Below, in pieces: positions 26,001-39,319 of a DNA stretch of 43,099 bases. The stretch is from Intoshia linei (taxonomy: Eukaryota > Animalia > Orthonectida): the NCBI GenBank assembly GCA_001642005.1, contig LWCA01000185.1, positions 1-43,099 on the forward strand, in the 5' to 3' direction. The translations under genes were made by a program, and so were the position numbers. Numbering within the stretch: the stretch's first letter is position 1; every line of letters begins with the position of its first letter. The notes below the pieces were generated by a model. That model was not told the origin of the DNA. It worked only from the letters and a program-made list of their open reading frames with translations, and made no database searches.

Positions 26001-26815
26001 TTCTATTATCTGTATCATCATCATCTGCATCTCTAAAATTAAAAATTGAAAAAAAAAATTTGCAATTCAATTGGTTCTAGAATCAAAACTTCCCATCACT
26101 GTCCACATCAGGTTGTCAAAGTGGTATACATTGACCCCAAACCTGTTTAATGTTTTGAAATAATTAGGGATTAACGACAAACGTAGAAAACCGTGATATA
26201 CAGTACTATCCAAACCTATCGTGCCCGAGACCCCTCTTCCGGTCCACGGCGAAATTTTTGTAAAATGGTGGCATCATTTTTCAAAATTGAGCATTAAAAA
26301 AATGATACTCTAGATATCATAACTATTTTGTGAGTTAAATTTAAAATATCAAGTCAAGAGTCTTAAAGAAGTCGTTGATATTTTAGATTGTTTACTTAAA
26401 TTATTAACTATCGCACAGGGTTTTTCGATTTCATAATTTATTGATATTATTTATCGCACGAGTATGTGCGATAGATCCTCAAATTGTTGTAATCAACATT
26501 TTGAAATATTTACTGAACGAACAAAAAATAGCGATGACACACAATGCTTGAAACCGTGTCTGTAGTGAAGAAGGCTGTTACTATTATGATGAAAAATTAC
26601 TAAATTAGCGCTAACTTAAAATTAATAAAATATTAAAACGGGTATATTTATAAAATAAAAGAAATCCTGATATAAATATTGCAATAATTTGAACGTTTGT
26701 TGATAAACTATGATAATAATTACATTTCAGCAACTTGTTCTTCTTCGGGTAATAAACAATTTGTTTCGACATTATCTTGCATTTCTACATCTCTTCCATT
26801 TTCTTCTATAGTCAT
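23036..26815 (-). CDS. MTR4: Exosome RNA helicase MTR4 (SKIV2L2/MTREX)
   Basis: Short exons at about 26815-26724, 26033-25934 and 25888-25819, then a long exon 25781-23036. Motifs FTLDPFQ, HTSSGKT, YTSPIKALSNQKYREL, DEIH, SAT, ATETFAMGVNMPARTV, QMSGRAGRR, arch/KOW region, C-terminal DIVFAASLYL. Confidence 0.97.
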
Positions 26816-27022
26816 AGTTTATTAATTTTTTATTCTTAAAAATATTTTAAATTAGTGATAATTAATTCTAAATGTAATAAAGATGTTTTCATTTTATTTC
26901 AAATATGAAATGATTGAAATTCAATCATAATTTATATTATTTTTATTGGAATTTACAATTTGTAGTAAATTAATAGGACCTAGATTAATTATTTATTAGT
27001 TGTGATTCTGATTGGGTGAATG

Positions 27023-27840
27023 AATCCTTACTTATATAAAGTAATTTAGCTAAAAATGTTTGTTTAACTGTATATCTGCCTACCTGTTTGTTTGTTAACA
27101 TTTATTTAGGCACGTAAAATGCGTAGACTTTTAAAAATAACTATTTCTAATACAATTTTTCGTCGGTTCGATTTAAAACAAATTGTATAATCAGCAAATA
27201 ATTCGGTCAAGGCAAAAACCCAAGTATCCATTTTTAGAAATCAAACCAGTCTCAGAATTTAAAAAATATACACTCTAATACAGATTATAAAATCATAAAC
27301 ATTATATTAAACTAGTGAGATGCTGTTGGCGTATCATTTGGAAAGCACTGCTGTAGGTGGTTGTTCGTAAAATATCAATTTGATATCTAATTCTGTATTG
27401 GCGTCTAAGACATATTTCGATTATAAAAGCGGTTTTTTGACCATGAAGACGTCACTTTTTGTGTCATATCTGGAGATAACTGTATAAATTGTAATTTTTT
27501 TTAAAATTCTAGGACTATTTGAACTTTCTGAAAAAAAGGTAATTTGTGGTTTTGGCCCTAAAGACAACTTTTTGTAATTTACATTTATGACAATTTTCAT
27601 GATTTTAAAATCTGTATCAGAGTCTACATTTTTTTAACCTATAGGATTCGTTTGATTTAAAAAAAAGGATAATTAGGGTTTTGACCGGTAAGATATGTTT
27701 TTGAGATTTAAATTTATCTTAATTTCACCACCAAAAAAAACTGTAATGAAAATGTGAAATTTTTAAAAGTCTGATACCCTTAGTTATTTAAATAAAAGAT
27801 AATAGACAGACAAACAAAGTGTTTTATATAAATTAGGATT
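27023..27840. mobile_element. Non-autonomous element with terminal inverted repeats, subterminal (GTTT)n and about 120-bp internal subrepeats; relatives at about 10090-10560 and 18430-19022
   Basis: AATCCTTACTTATATAAA ... TTTATATAAATTAGGATT termini; TGTTTGTTTG and ACAGACAAACA subterminal tracts; repeated TTTTGACC..GAAG units. Confidence 0.65.
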
Positions 27841-29206
27841 TCAATTTCAAAAACATATATCTTTACGGTCAAAATCCAAATTTACCCATTATTTTAAGAA
27901 AAATAGAAACAATCTAATAGTTCTAGGATTTTAAAAAAAATCACATTAAAATAAAATTTTTGGAACCGAACGAAGAAAAAATTCAAAATATAATATTTTT
28001 TTTATAATTTAGCTATATTTAACTGAATTGACAACCGTAAGTTCGTTAATTGATCATTCTCAAAATTAATCATCAGATAGTTTGTTTTTTTTAAACTTTC
28101 AGATTGACAGGTTTATCAAAAGCTAAAAAATTGAATAAAGTTGGATAAAATCTGTCATCCTAATTAAATATATTCATTAGGTTTGGGGTTTCCACAATTT
28201 TTTCACGGTGGACTGGTAATAAATTGACTTCTCATTAGTAAATTAGTTTATTAAATTATATCGCAAACATTTGGGAAAAGCTGTATTAGGGTGATTCAAA
28301 AAGTAAAAATTTTGCGAGTTTCCAGTGGCGTAACGTCATAGTGTGCAAAGTGTTCGCCGAACACCCTAGAAAATTTAAAAAAATTATATTTAATATATAA
28401 CATAATTATTATAGTTCATATTCGATATTCATATGTCAATAATAAATTATTGGCTACCTAGTAATTATACTTTATTTTAGTAATACGTACTTTATTATAA
28501 AGGTGAAAAGTTTTTTAAATTGAAATTTGAACTCATAAAAAAAATATTTTATGGTGTGAAGTTCACAGTACATATACATTGTGAACACCATAAAATATTT
28601 TTAATTTTTTTTGTAATATGGTATCTTAATATTTCAGCTTTAACTTCTGTCTGTAATGCATGATATAATATTTCAAAAACTAAATTTTTAATTTTGAAAA
28701 AAGGATGCAACAAACAAGGTTTTTTTACGACTTTATACCTAAAAGAAGTTAAAGAAATATTTAGTTTCTAATTTTTAAAATTATTTTTTCACTTTTATTT
28801 CATTTCATTTTTATAATAAAGTACATTACGAAATATGAGTCATAATTAGGGCAATTTTTTAAATAACATAAAATAAAAAAGACTAACCACTGATTTTTAG
28901 TAACTTTTAGCTGTTATTAGTAACTTTAAAATTTTTTTTTGTATACAAATCTAATTTGAATCTTGTTAACTTCAATCGATTAGTTTTTATTTTTTCCAAG
29001 TATTTTTTGTTTTTATTTCGTACCGTTTCAAAATTCATCAAAATTCAAAATATTTACTGAAATTTTTTTTCTCTAAATAAATAACTTTCTATTATTTGGA
29101 TATTTGGTCCTGCCCAACTGTAAACCAGCTAAAATGTTCAAAATCTTAAAATCTTATAGTATTTTCCATTGATAATATTTATAGTCTATAACGTCTAAAA
29201 TTCTTT

Positions 29207-29700
29207 TCAATTCTCTTTATATCCTTCTTTCATACGTCTGCTATATGCAAAAGGCAATGGCTGTGACGTATTTCTTGAATCAATTAAAATTACTTTAAAC
29301 TTGCCCCTGAACCGTCGATGATAGAGATGTTTCTTTTGATAATGTATATCCATCAAATCAATTAAATTTAAGATTTTTGAACAAGAGACAAGACCCTCAA
29401 CTTCAACATACAAATGAAAATACATGGAATGTCTCGTCCTATAAAATGAGCTATTCACATCAGCCCGTAAAATATTCCACTTTCTAAATAGCAGAACCGC
29501 ATTTTCGGACATTTGTTTAGAAAGTCCTAAAACTGCCACAAACTTGTTCACTTCTTTCTGGCTGATTTCTACAAACAAATCACCTGGATTGTATGAAAGA
29601 TCATTTGAGTCATCTCTAATCACAGAGGCAGAATTTGAAAATTGGCTGATGATTATGGCTCGTATAGGAGCTTTACAGCATCAAACAATAATTTGGGTAC
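29207..29700 (-). mobile_element. DNA transposase remnant, probably Chapaev3/CMC-like
   Basis: ISQKEVNKFVAVLGLSKQMSE...KWNIL...FYRTRH...LVSCSKILNL...FKVILI...PLPFAYSRRMKEGY follows the remembered pattern SQ.ELNDL.RDL.LSK...L..WNLL...YR.R...LKAVLL...P.A.S..MKE.Y. The superfamily assignment is from memory. Confidence 0.6.
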
Positions 29701-29786
29701 AATCGAATTTAAACTTCTGTTTGACATTTAGATTGACGTTTGAAAATTAGTTAGAAAGTAGTTTAAAGAATCAAAGTTCTGGTAAA

Positions 29787-30081
29787 TATTCAATTTAAAA
29801 TATATTCTACAATATTCATCATATAATATTGACATAAAAACTGTTTCAAATAATAATATTAAACATTAAAACCTTTCTATTAAGTGAATATTCAAAAATC
29901 AAAAAAAAGTAGAAAATCTTTGATTTTCTTTTATTAATTTTCAAAAACGGGGCTTCTAAAAAAGAGCCCTAAAATCTTTTTATCGCTTCGCTCGAAATAC
30001 TTTTTTAATTCGCTCAAAATTTTAAAGGGCCTCCGGCCCTTTGCTTAGCCCAGGGCCACGAAGTGGCTTAAGACGGCTCTG
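29787..30081. repeat. hAT-like non-autonomous element (copy 2, right end present)
   Basis: Closely matches 10820-11130 and ends TTAAGACGGCTCTG. Confidence 0.7.
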
Positions 30082-31677
30082 GATATAATTTTTATGTAAC
30101 AAAAATCGTCTACTGTGGTTCTTAAACTTTTCCATGTAACGACGATGACGCACCCCTGATGCAGTGATTCTAAGCCGGTGTGCCATTAGTAGCGTTAAGG
30201 TGTGCGTCAAAAAAATTTGAGTTTATTATATAAATTTTTGACAGGTTTATAACCAAGGATATCAGCCATAACACAAATAAAATTTATAATTAATAACATT
30301 TAGATTACATATCCCCAAAAATTTGTTGAATTGAAAAACAAGAAAATAATAAGTAATACCTAGTCGACAAATTAACAAACTAAATTTTAGTAAATGAAAT
30401 TAGAAATACTATCAAAATTACCACATTGGTTCCTCTATTTCAAAAATGAAGGGGTATTAAAAATAAAAAATAGTAATATATAAATATAAACATAAAACAT
30501 CTCGCGCCATCAAAATGTTATTACCAGAAAAATTAAAAGATTAGTTCATTTTTATAAAATGCATTATTGCAGAGTTGCCAGATGTTGAAATTTAATCCCA
30601 AAGCCTTAGACTTAAAAAATCCCAATTTTATTCCACCATTAATAAAATTAAATAATATTTACTAAAAAATACCATTTCAAACCCTTTGTAAAAATCCCCT
30701 TTTTACGATTTTACAAAAAAACTTGTGAGGAAAAAAGGTTTTAATTCAACCCCACAATAAAAAATCCAATTTTAGCAACCCTTAAGCCTTAACTTAAGGT
30801 AAAATCTCTTTTCCTACATTTTATTTGAAAATTTAACCAAACCTTACGAAAAAATCCAAAAATTTAGTAACCATGAAGGAAAAATCCCATTTCCGAGTAC
30901 TTAGATCAAAACATTAAAAATTTGTGAGACTCACAAGCGTTACAGCATTCAGTTTAAATTTTACAAATTAGTCATTTATATATTTAAAAAAATTTGCTGG
31001 TACCAACAAATGAACCACCTTGTATATGGATCAAGATTTGAGATATTTTTGCATGTTATGTAAAAACTGATTAGCAAAATATATTGTAATTTTTAAATTT
31101 AGGGGAAATATACTTTCAAGAGGTCAAAAACAACTTTTGTTAATTTGTCGGTTATTTTTCCACAAGCCAAAAATTGCATGTAAATAAATAATGTAAATCA
31201 GGGTGGGCATAAAATGACCCGTTCAACATTTTCATCTGACCCACGAAATTCTTCACTGATTGTTAATGTATAATTTAATATTAATTAATTTTTTCACCAT
31301 TAGAAATTAGTCACATACCATCTTGGCTAATAATAATTCCTGTTAACGATTAGTTTTGTTGAATCAGGCAATAATTTTAATTATAGGAATAAAGAAACAG
31401 TTTACATCTAATTTACTTCAATAGAGTTGAAAAAAAATGTGATTCGACACTTGGGTAAAAACTAGTGCCCATCCATTTATTGACATTTTAAAAAAATATA
31501 TACTTATTTTTATATAGTTTTGGACGAATGTTTCAATAGTATTGAAAGTAATTTGGCAAAATCACTATTAAAAAGATTCACCGAAAATGAAAATTGTACA
31601 AAAATAGTCTAACAACACAAAACAATGACTTTGCACATTTGTTTAAAACAATTATTAAAATATCACATTTATAAATA

Positions 31678-32895
31678 TTATTTTAAAAAATCTTGAATAT
31701 CTGAAAGTTCTCGTTGATGAGCTTGATAATGAACCCATCGTTGTTCAACTACAAATTCGTCAATATTCCAAGATTCATTGAAAATCACTTGACAACATAA
31801 CGGACATTTCTTTTTGGCTGAAAGTATACATGAATAAATTGAAACTGATTGATAAATACGTAAATATTACCATTAAATGGTGGTGATTTCATAAAATTAT
31901 CTAGACATTCAAAATGGAATAAGTGACCACAATATGATCTTTCTATTTTAGGTAACTAAATAAAAAAATAAATTTACTAAAACAAAGTAACCTGATCTTC
32001 TGGTTTGTCGTTGTCCTTTGGTAAAATGTTTTGCTCGCAAATTGGGCACACACTATCAACAAAAAAAACCAAAATATCCTGATATATAAAATTAACACAT
32101 TTGTACAAGTGAATTTCAGGCAACTTTTTTCTAAATAATATTACAAATATAAGTAAATTTGAAACGCACTCTTTATTTTTATTTAAAGGTGGATCGACAC
32201 TAGAACGAGCCAATTCCTTGGTATGAGTTTTATACACAGTGTTTAATATTGTGCTAGGAAAAGGGTCGTTATTCCAGTCAAAACTAAAAACTGGGTATAA
32301 TTAAAATAAAACAATTACGCTATTGATTCATTTGGATAATTATTGGGTATGGTAATGGTAAAATGGGCTTTATATTTTTTGTAACAAAGAATAAATATCA
32401 ATGATTTTTTTTTTTGTTTAAGTTTGACGGTATGGAGGCTTTCAGTGAAAATAAATTTATCTTTAATGTTCTTAATTTCATCAGCTGCCACAAGAAAGGA
32501 ATTTTTCAAGATAAAATTTAAAATTAAATCAATCACTTGTTGAACCTATCCTAACATTCATTTATTGAAAGAGTTAACACAACCTGAAAATTTAGTTTGT
32601 ATTTGTCCGCATGAATTTTAACGAGTTGATCAATTTTATCTAGTACGCCACTGGATATTGTTTTACTCTTTAAACTGCAAAATAGGCACGATTTTGGGTA
32701 ATCACTGGGAAAGTTGATTTGTACGTTAAGTTTTGAGTAATCGTTAATCCTAAACAATATAACAAAAACCCACACAATTTACTTCAAGTCTATAACAATG
32801 TAAAAGGAAGATAGTGTAATAATATCCACTCTTTCATTTTTTAAATAATAATTTTTTATCAATGATAATTCTTTCTTGTTACACTCACTCGCCAT
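31678..32895 (-). CDS. RWD-like domain(s) plus C-terminal RING-type zinc finger protein (putative E3 ligase)
   Basis: Multi-exon gene with short introns: MASECNKKEL...; INFPSDYP and ITIPNNYP (RWD-like); CPICEQ...IERSYCGHLFHFECLDNFMKSPPF...KKCPLC...AHQRELSDIQDFLK*. Confidence 0.8.
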
Positions 32896-33399
32896 TGCTA
32901 TAAAATAAATTTTAATTCTCGATTAAACTTTATTTTAATATTTTTTGTCGTATAATTATCTCAAAGGTAGATAAATATAATGACTCATTATTAATAGTAT
33001 GCACCAGTAATATATTATAATTAGGGTTAAATTATATTTTCAATCATAAATTTTATTTTATACAATTTCGTTTTGTTTTGTACTTTTATTTTATGCATGA
33101 TTGTAGTAAATAAACTTAATATTAATTTTTATATCACTCACTAAAAGCAGTTTTTATTTATTCTTAACTTATTTCTATTCAAATACAGGTAATTTAGCAA
33201 TACTTTTATATGATTAATGTTTTTTAAGCATGCGAAAATATGCGAAATCTAAATATGAAAAAATTTACAATATTACTAAACTTTACCCTAGTGAATTTAC
33301 TAAGAAAGACGACCATTGATTTTGTATGAAATGTTACTTTTACGAAATTACATTATGTTCAATTACACCGCAAATTAGCAAAACATAATTTTATGGATA

Positions 33400-33520
33400 T
33401 TGTTAGTATTGGAAATTCAATGAAAATATCAAATGACTTTGCAACAGAAATGGCGGAAGCATTTCTATCTGCGGACATACCTCTAAAAAATTAAATAACG
33501 TCAAGTTAAGAACAGTATTT
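33400..33520 (+). mobile_element. hAT/CGGBP-like transposase fragment
   Basis: NDFATEMAEAFLSADIPL(K)...NNVKLR resembles the hAT-family F..D...AF..A.IPL..L.N..LR segment. Confidence 0.55.
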
Positions 33521-33639
33521 AAAAAAAGGGAATAATTTTTCCATATGAAAGCAATTGTAGAAATAAAATTGATGATTTGTATTTGAAAGAAATGGAGAGA
33601 ATTAAAAATATTAAGAATAAAAAATTTTTTTTTTCGTCA

Positions 33640-33725
33640 CATACTGTGGGTAATAAGCTAACTTCATTACCTGTGTCTATAATCATGTTCACAATATTAT
33701 TATCAATTACTATCTTATAATGGCA
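33640..33725 (-). mobile_element. LTR-retrotransposon aspartic protease fragment
   Basis: IVIDNNIVNMIIDTGNEVSLLP has the retropepsin I.I....V...IDTG..VS.I motif. Confidence 0.65.
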
Positions 33726-34359
33726 ATACAATTATGTTTTATAATTTATATAACGTTGGTACAGCCGACAAGGCTCAGAACTATTATTACTATGGCGAAT
33801 AAGAGATTTCATCACTGTTCAGAAAAAAATTTAACGAAAAAAACAACACTACGTGAATTTTTTTTCCAAAAGTTAATATAGTTCAATAAATTTGATTGTA
33901 AGTTAAATTTTTTGTTTTTATAAGTTAAAAAAAGTCGCCCTAATTATAACCTACCGTATCGAGACCTTCTTCGTGGGCCTCGACGAAATTTTTGTAAAAT
34001 TGAGAGTTTTAATGTATATTGATAATTAATAAATTATTACATTTTATTTTTTCGAAGGTGGTTTTAGTTATTTAGGAACGATAAGTAAGGTTAAAGGGTA
34101 AATAAGGGAGCGTTTAAAGGGAAGCAAGTATATTAATAGTTGTAGATATAATTAATTGTAAACTAGGGATTTAAGTATAAGCTTTTGTCAATGTAAGTGA
34201 ACAGAACCGTGAGTAAGACGAAAAGAGAAACCCACGTCGAATTTGATGTTACGATTATCCAATTCAAACTAACCATTATTTTTTAAATAAAATATAATAA
34301 AAAAAATTAACCAATGAGTGTAATATAAATTTAATAAAAATTAGGAAAAAGGTATAAAT

Positions 34360-36162
34360 GAAGTCTTGACAGGATCGGCCATTCCTGTTAACATTCTAAA
34401 TCCCTCCTCTTTCCATATTTTTGTTAAGCATTACAATTAAAATTCCTTTTTTTCAATTGATTTACGACCAGCTCTACCACACATTGGAATAAATTCTTCA
34501 CCGTGCAATGTACTTGAAAAAATTCCAACATATTTTTGAGTATCTGAATATAAAACGGTTCTAGCCAACATATTAACATCCGTTGCAAATGTTTCTGTGG
34601 CAAAAAGAGCTTTAACTAATCCATCCAAAAAAAGCATTTCTACAGTTTTCTTTAAAAAAGGTAATAAACCTGAATGGTGAATTCCAATTCCACGTTTCAA
34701 AAGCGACAACATATTAGTAATTCGTGGTAAACTTTTATCTTCATGTGATAAAGTGTCAATAGCATTATAAAAAATTTCTACGATAGTATATTCATCGATT
34801 GAATCGTTAAAATTTATTTCATTCATTTGTAAAGCATAGTCTTCACATAATTTCTGTGAAAATGTAAAAACAATTACTGGAGCCATGTCTCTACCCATAA
34901 TCATTTTAAATAACTTTAAAGCTACGTTGACCATTTCTTTCTGTGGCAGAGCCTTCCAATTTTCAAAAAACAGCATCGTAAGTGTCTCTTATAAATTCAT
35001 CATCCTCTTTAAAAACCAAATGGATTCCGGTATCACCACTAACGTAAACATATTTTTGCAATGGAATTGGCTTGTAGTCTCTATAAACAAAATTACATGG
35101 ATGTTCGTGAATATTGCCTATCCAATGTGCAAATTGATTACCATTTGAAAACGTTGCAGACAAAAAAATCATCCTAACGTGCTTTGGTAAAAGTGAAATC
35201 AATTCTTCCAATTCAATATCGTGAATTGAATTTCATTAAAAATTAACCATTTTAATTGTTTCACAATTTTGGCTCGTTTACAAAGTATGTTTTTTAAAAT
35301 GTCTCTAGTCATAACCAAGCATTTTGCAATAAAATTAATTGTCAATTCATCAGTCATTAAACCAACATCTTTAAATTTGGCACAGAATTTGCTGTTTTTG
35401 ATTAATGAGTGACTTGATAGATGATGTGTAAATGGCTTTTTGATTATTCTTGAAACAAATGGCAATAACATAAAGTGGCACAACAATTTTATCAGATGAC
35501 GTGTGTGATGCAACCATATCAGACTGATCGTTTGCAACGCAATTTATGGTAGATCTTTGAAAATCATTTAATTTAAATGAAAATTCCTGTGAGCCCTTGA
35601 AATTAGACAATTTGAATATTTCTTTGGGACGGTAATATACCTAAAATAAAAAAATAAATGATTATTAATTAGGTTATAATTATAATACAATTCAAAATTA
35701 CAGCATGACTACAACCTAGATCGGTTTCTGCTACGTGCTTTACATTACATTCGGATTCGTCATACATATGGCTAATATAACATTTATTACATATTTTATG
35801 GTTAAAATTACTCTTTAAAAATATCATTAGAAATTGGATGTTTTATTTCAATTAAATTATTAATGTTTTTCACATTTGTTGACTTTCGGTTTTTTTGGGT
35901 TAAGTGATAAATGCTGTCACTATGGACACAATAAAGATAGTGGGGGAACTTACACTGCTTCTTTGGACAAAACCCATTTCTTACAAAATTAATACAGATC
36001 TGGTGTTTTATTAACTTTTCTCGAATCTCACGTGTGATTTCTAGTATAGGTTTGGGCATACCCCTGCTATAGGTTTCAGATTTATTACTGTCAAACCTTG
36101 ATTTTTGATCTTTTAGCCAAAGGAAGGTCCGCTGAAATTACAGATTTACTAGGTTTATCCAT
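34360..36162 (-). pseudogene. Decayed MTR4 duplicate with an N-terminal CCCH zinc finger
   Basis: Colinear with the MTR4 gene including two intron positions. Several frameshifts; Walker A SGKT changed to SDKI and DEIH to NEIQ; ends after motif VI. The 5' exon encodes CINFVRNGFCPKKQCKFPH. Confidence 0.88.
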
Positions 36163-37298
36163 AGTCTAGAAAATAAATAAATTATTATGAAGCGAAGGAA
36201 ATATTTAGTTCATATTTTATGTCAGGAACTTAAATAGCTGAAGATACTATACTATGATTACTTAATAAAGACATATATTGAAGCAACGTTATTCTCATAA
36301 TAATTTAGATGATGAAACTTTTCTTATTTATTATATACAAATTTTAACGGTCAATTCGATACCGTGCGTGAAGAATTATGAAACTTAGGATGAAATAGAT
36401 TTGTAGACGCGTTAATTCGTTATGTGGCTGATTGGACGTATGTATTTACCTCATGTCTCATTAATTTACGTTATCTAAAATTATATAATGGTCGGTTTCT
36501 TCTAATAGTTATCTTATATGTCTCATTAATTTACTTTTATCTAAATTTCTGTTTCTTTCGTTAAACGATAAATCTCATAATTACCAATTCTTCTTTTCTA
36601 AAAGTTTTAATGCCTATAACTCACGATAATTCTAAAATTATATTCTTATATTGTATTTTTTAAAGAGATTGTTAACATAAATAATATATACATTTGCGTA
36701 CGCCAATTTTTATTCTCATCTATATTTTAAATTAATATTAATTGTTAATTGTTTTTGAAACTGTGTATATCTATACAATACAGACATACAACAATGATAA
36801 TGTATTAAAATATATTAGTGGAATAGATTCCATAGATTTTATAATTTATACACTTGTATGTATTATATTTTCATTCTAAAACAATTTTTAGTAAAAAATA
36901 TACCTCGATCACGTTGTAAACTCTTAAATTCTTATTGATATGTTAAATTATACTCCTTAAATTAAAGTACAGTCCGACCCCGCTTTGGGGCAAACCTCGT
37001 TTTTGATTGCGAATTAGTTTTTATATTTTAAAAATACACACTTTTAGTGCTAATTACCCTTGATTCTTTGATGGGTGTGACACCCTAATGTATAATTTAT
37101 TCATTTTTTAGTAAATAATAAAAATTCGATATTCAACATAAGGCACAAATCTTTTTAAAAAGTACACTATATGAAATTAATTTGTATTAATAGGATAGTA
37201 GATAATCGTCTTATGAACCATTGAATTCACTCTGAAACGAAAATATATTAAAAATAACATTTATTTACAAATATACAATTAATATTCATTTCATTCAA

Positions 37299-37468
37299 TT
37301 AACAATGTATTCTTAAATAATTATTGAAAGTAATCTTGAATATTCAAAGGCATTTCTTCAATATTTGTTGAATAAAATTGTTCAATATCATGAAGAATTG
37401 GTAAATCATCTGGTTTCACAAAGTTGATGGCAATACCCTTGTCACCATATCGACCAGAACGTCCAATT
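37299..37468 (-). CDS. Terminal exon of an eIF4A/eIF4A3-type DEAD-box helicase (upstream exons not in the window, or lost)
   Basis: After a TTTAG acceptor: (R)[47 protein letters not shown]...*, i.e. motif VI plus the typical eIF4A C-terminus. Confidence 0.85.
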
Positions 37469-38015
37469 CTAAATTAGTGATAATAATAAATTAACACCTC
37501 ATTAAGTACGATTATAATCATCTTTCTTTGATTTGAGTGTTTTAGTCATAGCAGTGATTCTCAATCTTGTTTCTAATGGGCGCACTTAAAAGCAATTAAA
37601 ACTGTTGGATGATTCTGATAATTTAGGGGCCACCTTAAAAATTTACTACTGCTTGTATTTAGTAATTTGGAGTTAAATCAACAAGACTTGCCAAATTAAA
37701 TTTACATTTCATATAATTTTAAATATCTTATAAGTCGGATGCTCTTAAGATAAAGTGGCCAGATATACGTATTTTTTTAAGTTAAAAATGAAAAATAGGG
37801 TTATATGACATTATAATTCGTTTACAAAATGTTTTAATAGGCTATTTTTCATTTTATAAGTGGCGACGGGCTTGTTAAATTCAATTGCGAAAACTACAAT
37901 CCAACTAAATTAAATCGTTACATAGATTAAATTTAACTCACGTGAAAATTATTCACGTTATTCAGTAAATTTTCACTTCATTTTGATTAAATATAATATA
38001 ATAATAAATAAATAT

Positions 38016-39147
38016 ACTAACAACGTCAGTCACTGCGATAAGTGTATACATCTCCTATATACGAACGACGCCACACATGTTGAACGAGTCACTGAAAAAA
38101 GTGATACAACATTGTGTTACTTATTCGTCGATAATAAAAAATTATCAGCATTACAAGATGATCTGTTAAATAATAAAATGGGTTTTAAGTTAATAAATCA
38201 AAGGTTACCAACTGATAGTTAGGAACAAATAACAACCGGTATAAAAATAAAAATATGTGACGAATGGATACCAGCAGAAACAGTGATCGATTCAGTCATG
38301 CACGAATTGCGTGAATGGATGGATATGCAGACTCTCGATATGGAAGGTATTTGTGCGTATACTTATCCTGATCAAAAAATCAGTGATACAAAAAAGATCT
38401 TGGAAGTAGATTGTGCCGTATTACAAAGCGCTTATAGTGCAGTAGTTCAGAACCCTACGTTCATCGACTTCTCTTGTAACAATGGAGTGAATGTCAGTAG
38501 GAAGATAACCGTGAATACAGATTGCATAAAGTTAAATCCAACAAGCTTCGTAAATAAAAAATTACCAAACGAATATCTAATTTCTCCAAAAATAGCCACG
38601 TGTGCGTACCCAGACCGCACCGACACTGTAAAAAATCTGTTTGACGCTCTAAATAAAATAGTATGTGAAGTCGTATGTCTGATAGCTCCTATAGCTTTAT
38701 CAACATCGATCGTTCACTTTTCAACCAGGTTCATCAAAACCTATATAGTACCAAATGCATTAGAACTTATAAAAAATTTTCATGCTAAAGGTATAACCGT
38801 AACGAATGACGACGTGAAGATTTGGTCAAGTAAGTTAGATAATAATTAAAAGAAAAAAATAACTGAAATGGACTTTAATGACAATTTATGACTTGACCGT
38901 CATATGTTATATAAGTGCGTAAGATAGAGTGTTAAAAAGATGGTAATTACTTTAACGAAATTCCAAAAGGACAAGTTATTAGTGCTTCCAAATAGTTATT
39001 AACCGTCTGAAAACTTTACTTAAACACAATGTAGGATTGACTATAAGTTACAGTACAGAAAAACTGTCAAATTTTGTACATTACAACAGTAATATTACTG
39101 AAAAATTTATCGAAGTCGACATGTCAGATTTCGACAAATCACAAGTG
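38016..39147 (+). pseudogene. Endogenous viral element 1: virga-like (Martellivirales) replicase fragment ending at RdRp motif A
   Basis: KIATCAYPDRTDTVKNLFDALNK...RFIKTYIVPN...W, then through stops and frameshifts EIPKGQVISASK and FIEVDMSDFDKSQ (alsuviricete motif A, E.D.S.FDKSQ). Intronless. Left boundary approximate. Confidence 0.82.
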
Positions 39148-39319
39148 TGCAGAATGTGCACTATCCATCTAAATTCATGATTAAAATAATTTTGTTGTTC
39201 GTAATAGTGTAACAATTCCATTCTTCCTGTGAATTCATATTTTAGTTAATTTTAAATGCCCTGAATTTTCATGTATAAAAAAATTTTACGAGTTGAACAT
39301 CAAAATAAAAATTGAAATG

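Noticed and set aside
30022-30210. 62-aa ORF
   Set aside because: Spans junctions of hAT-like TE ends; no coding signature.
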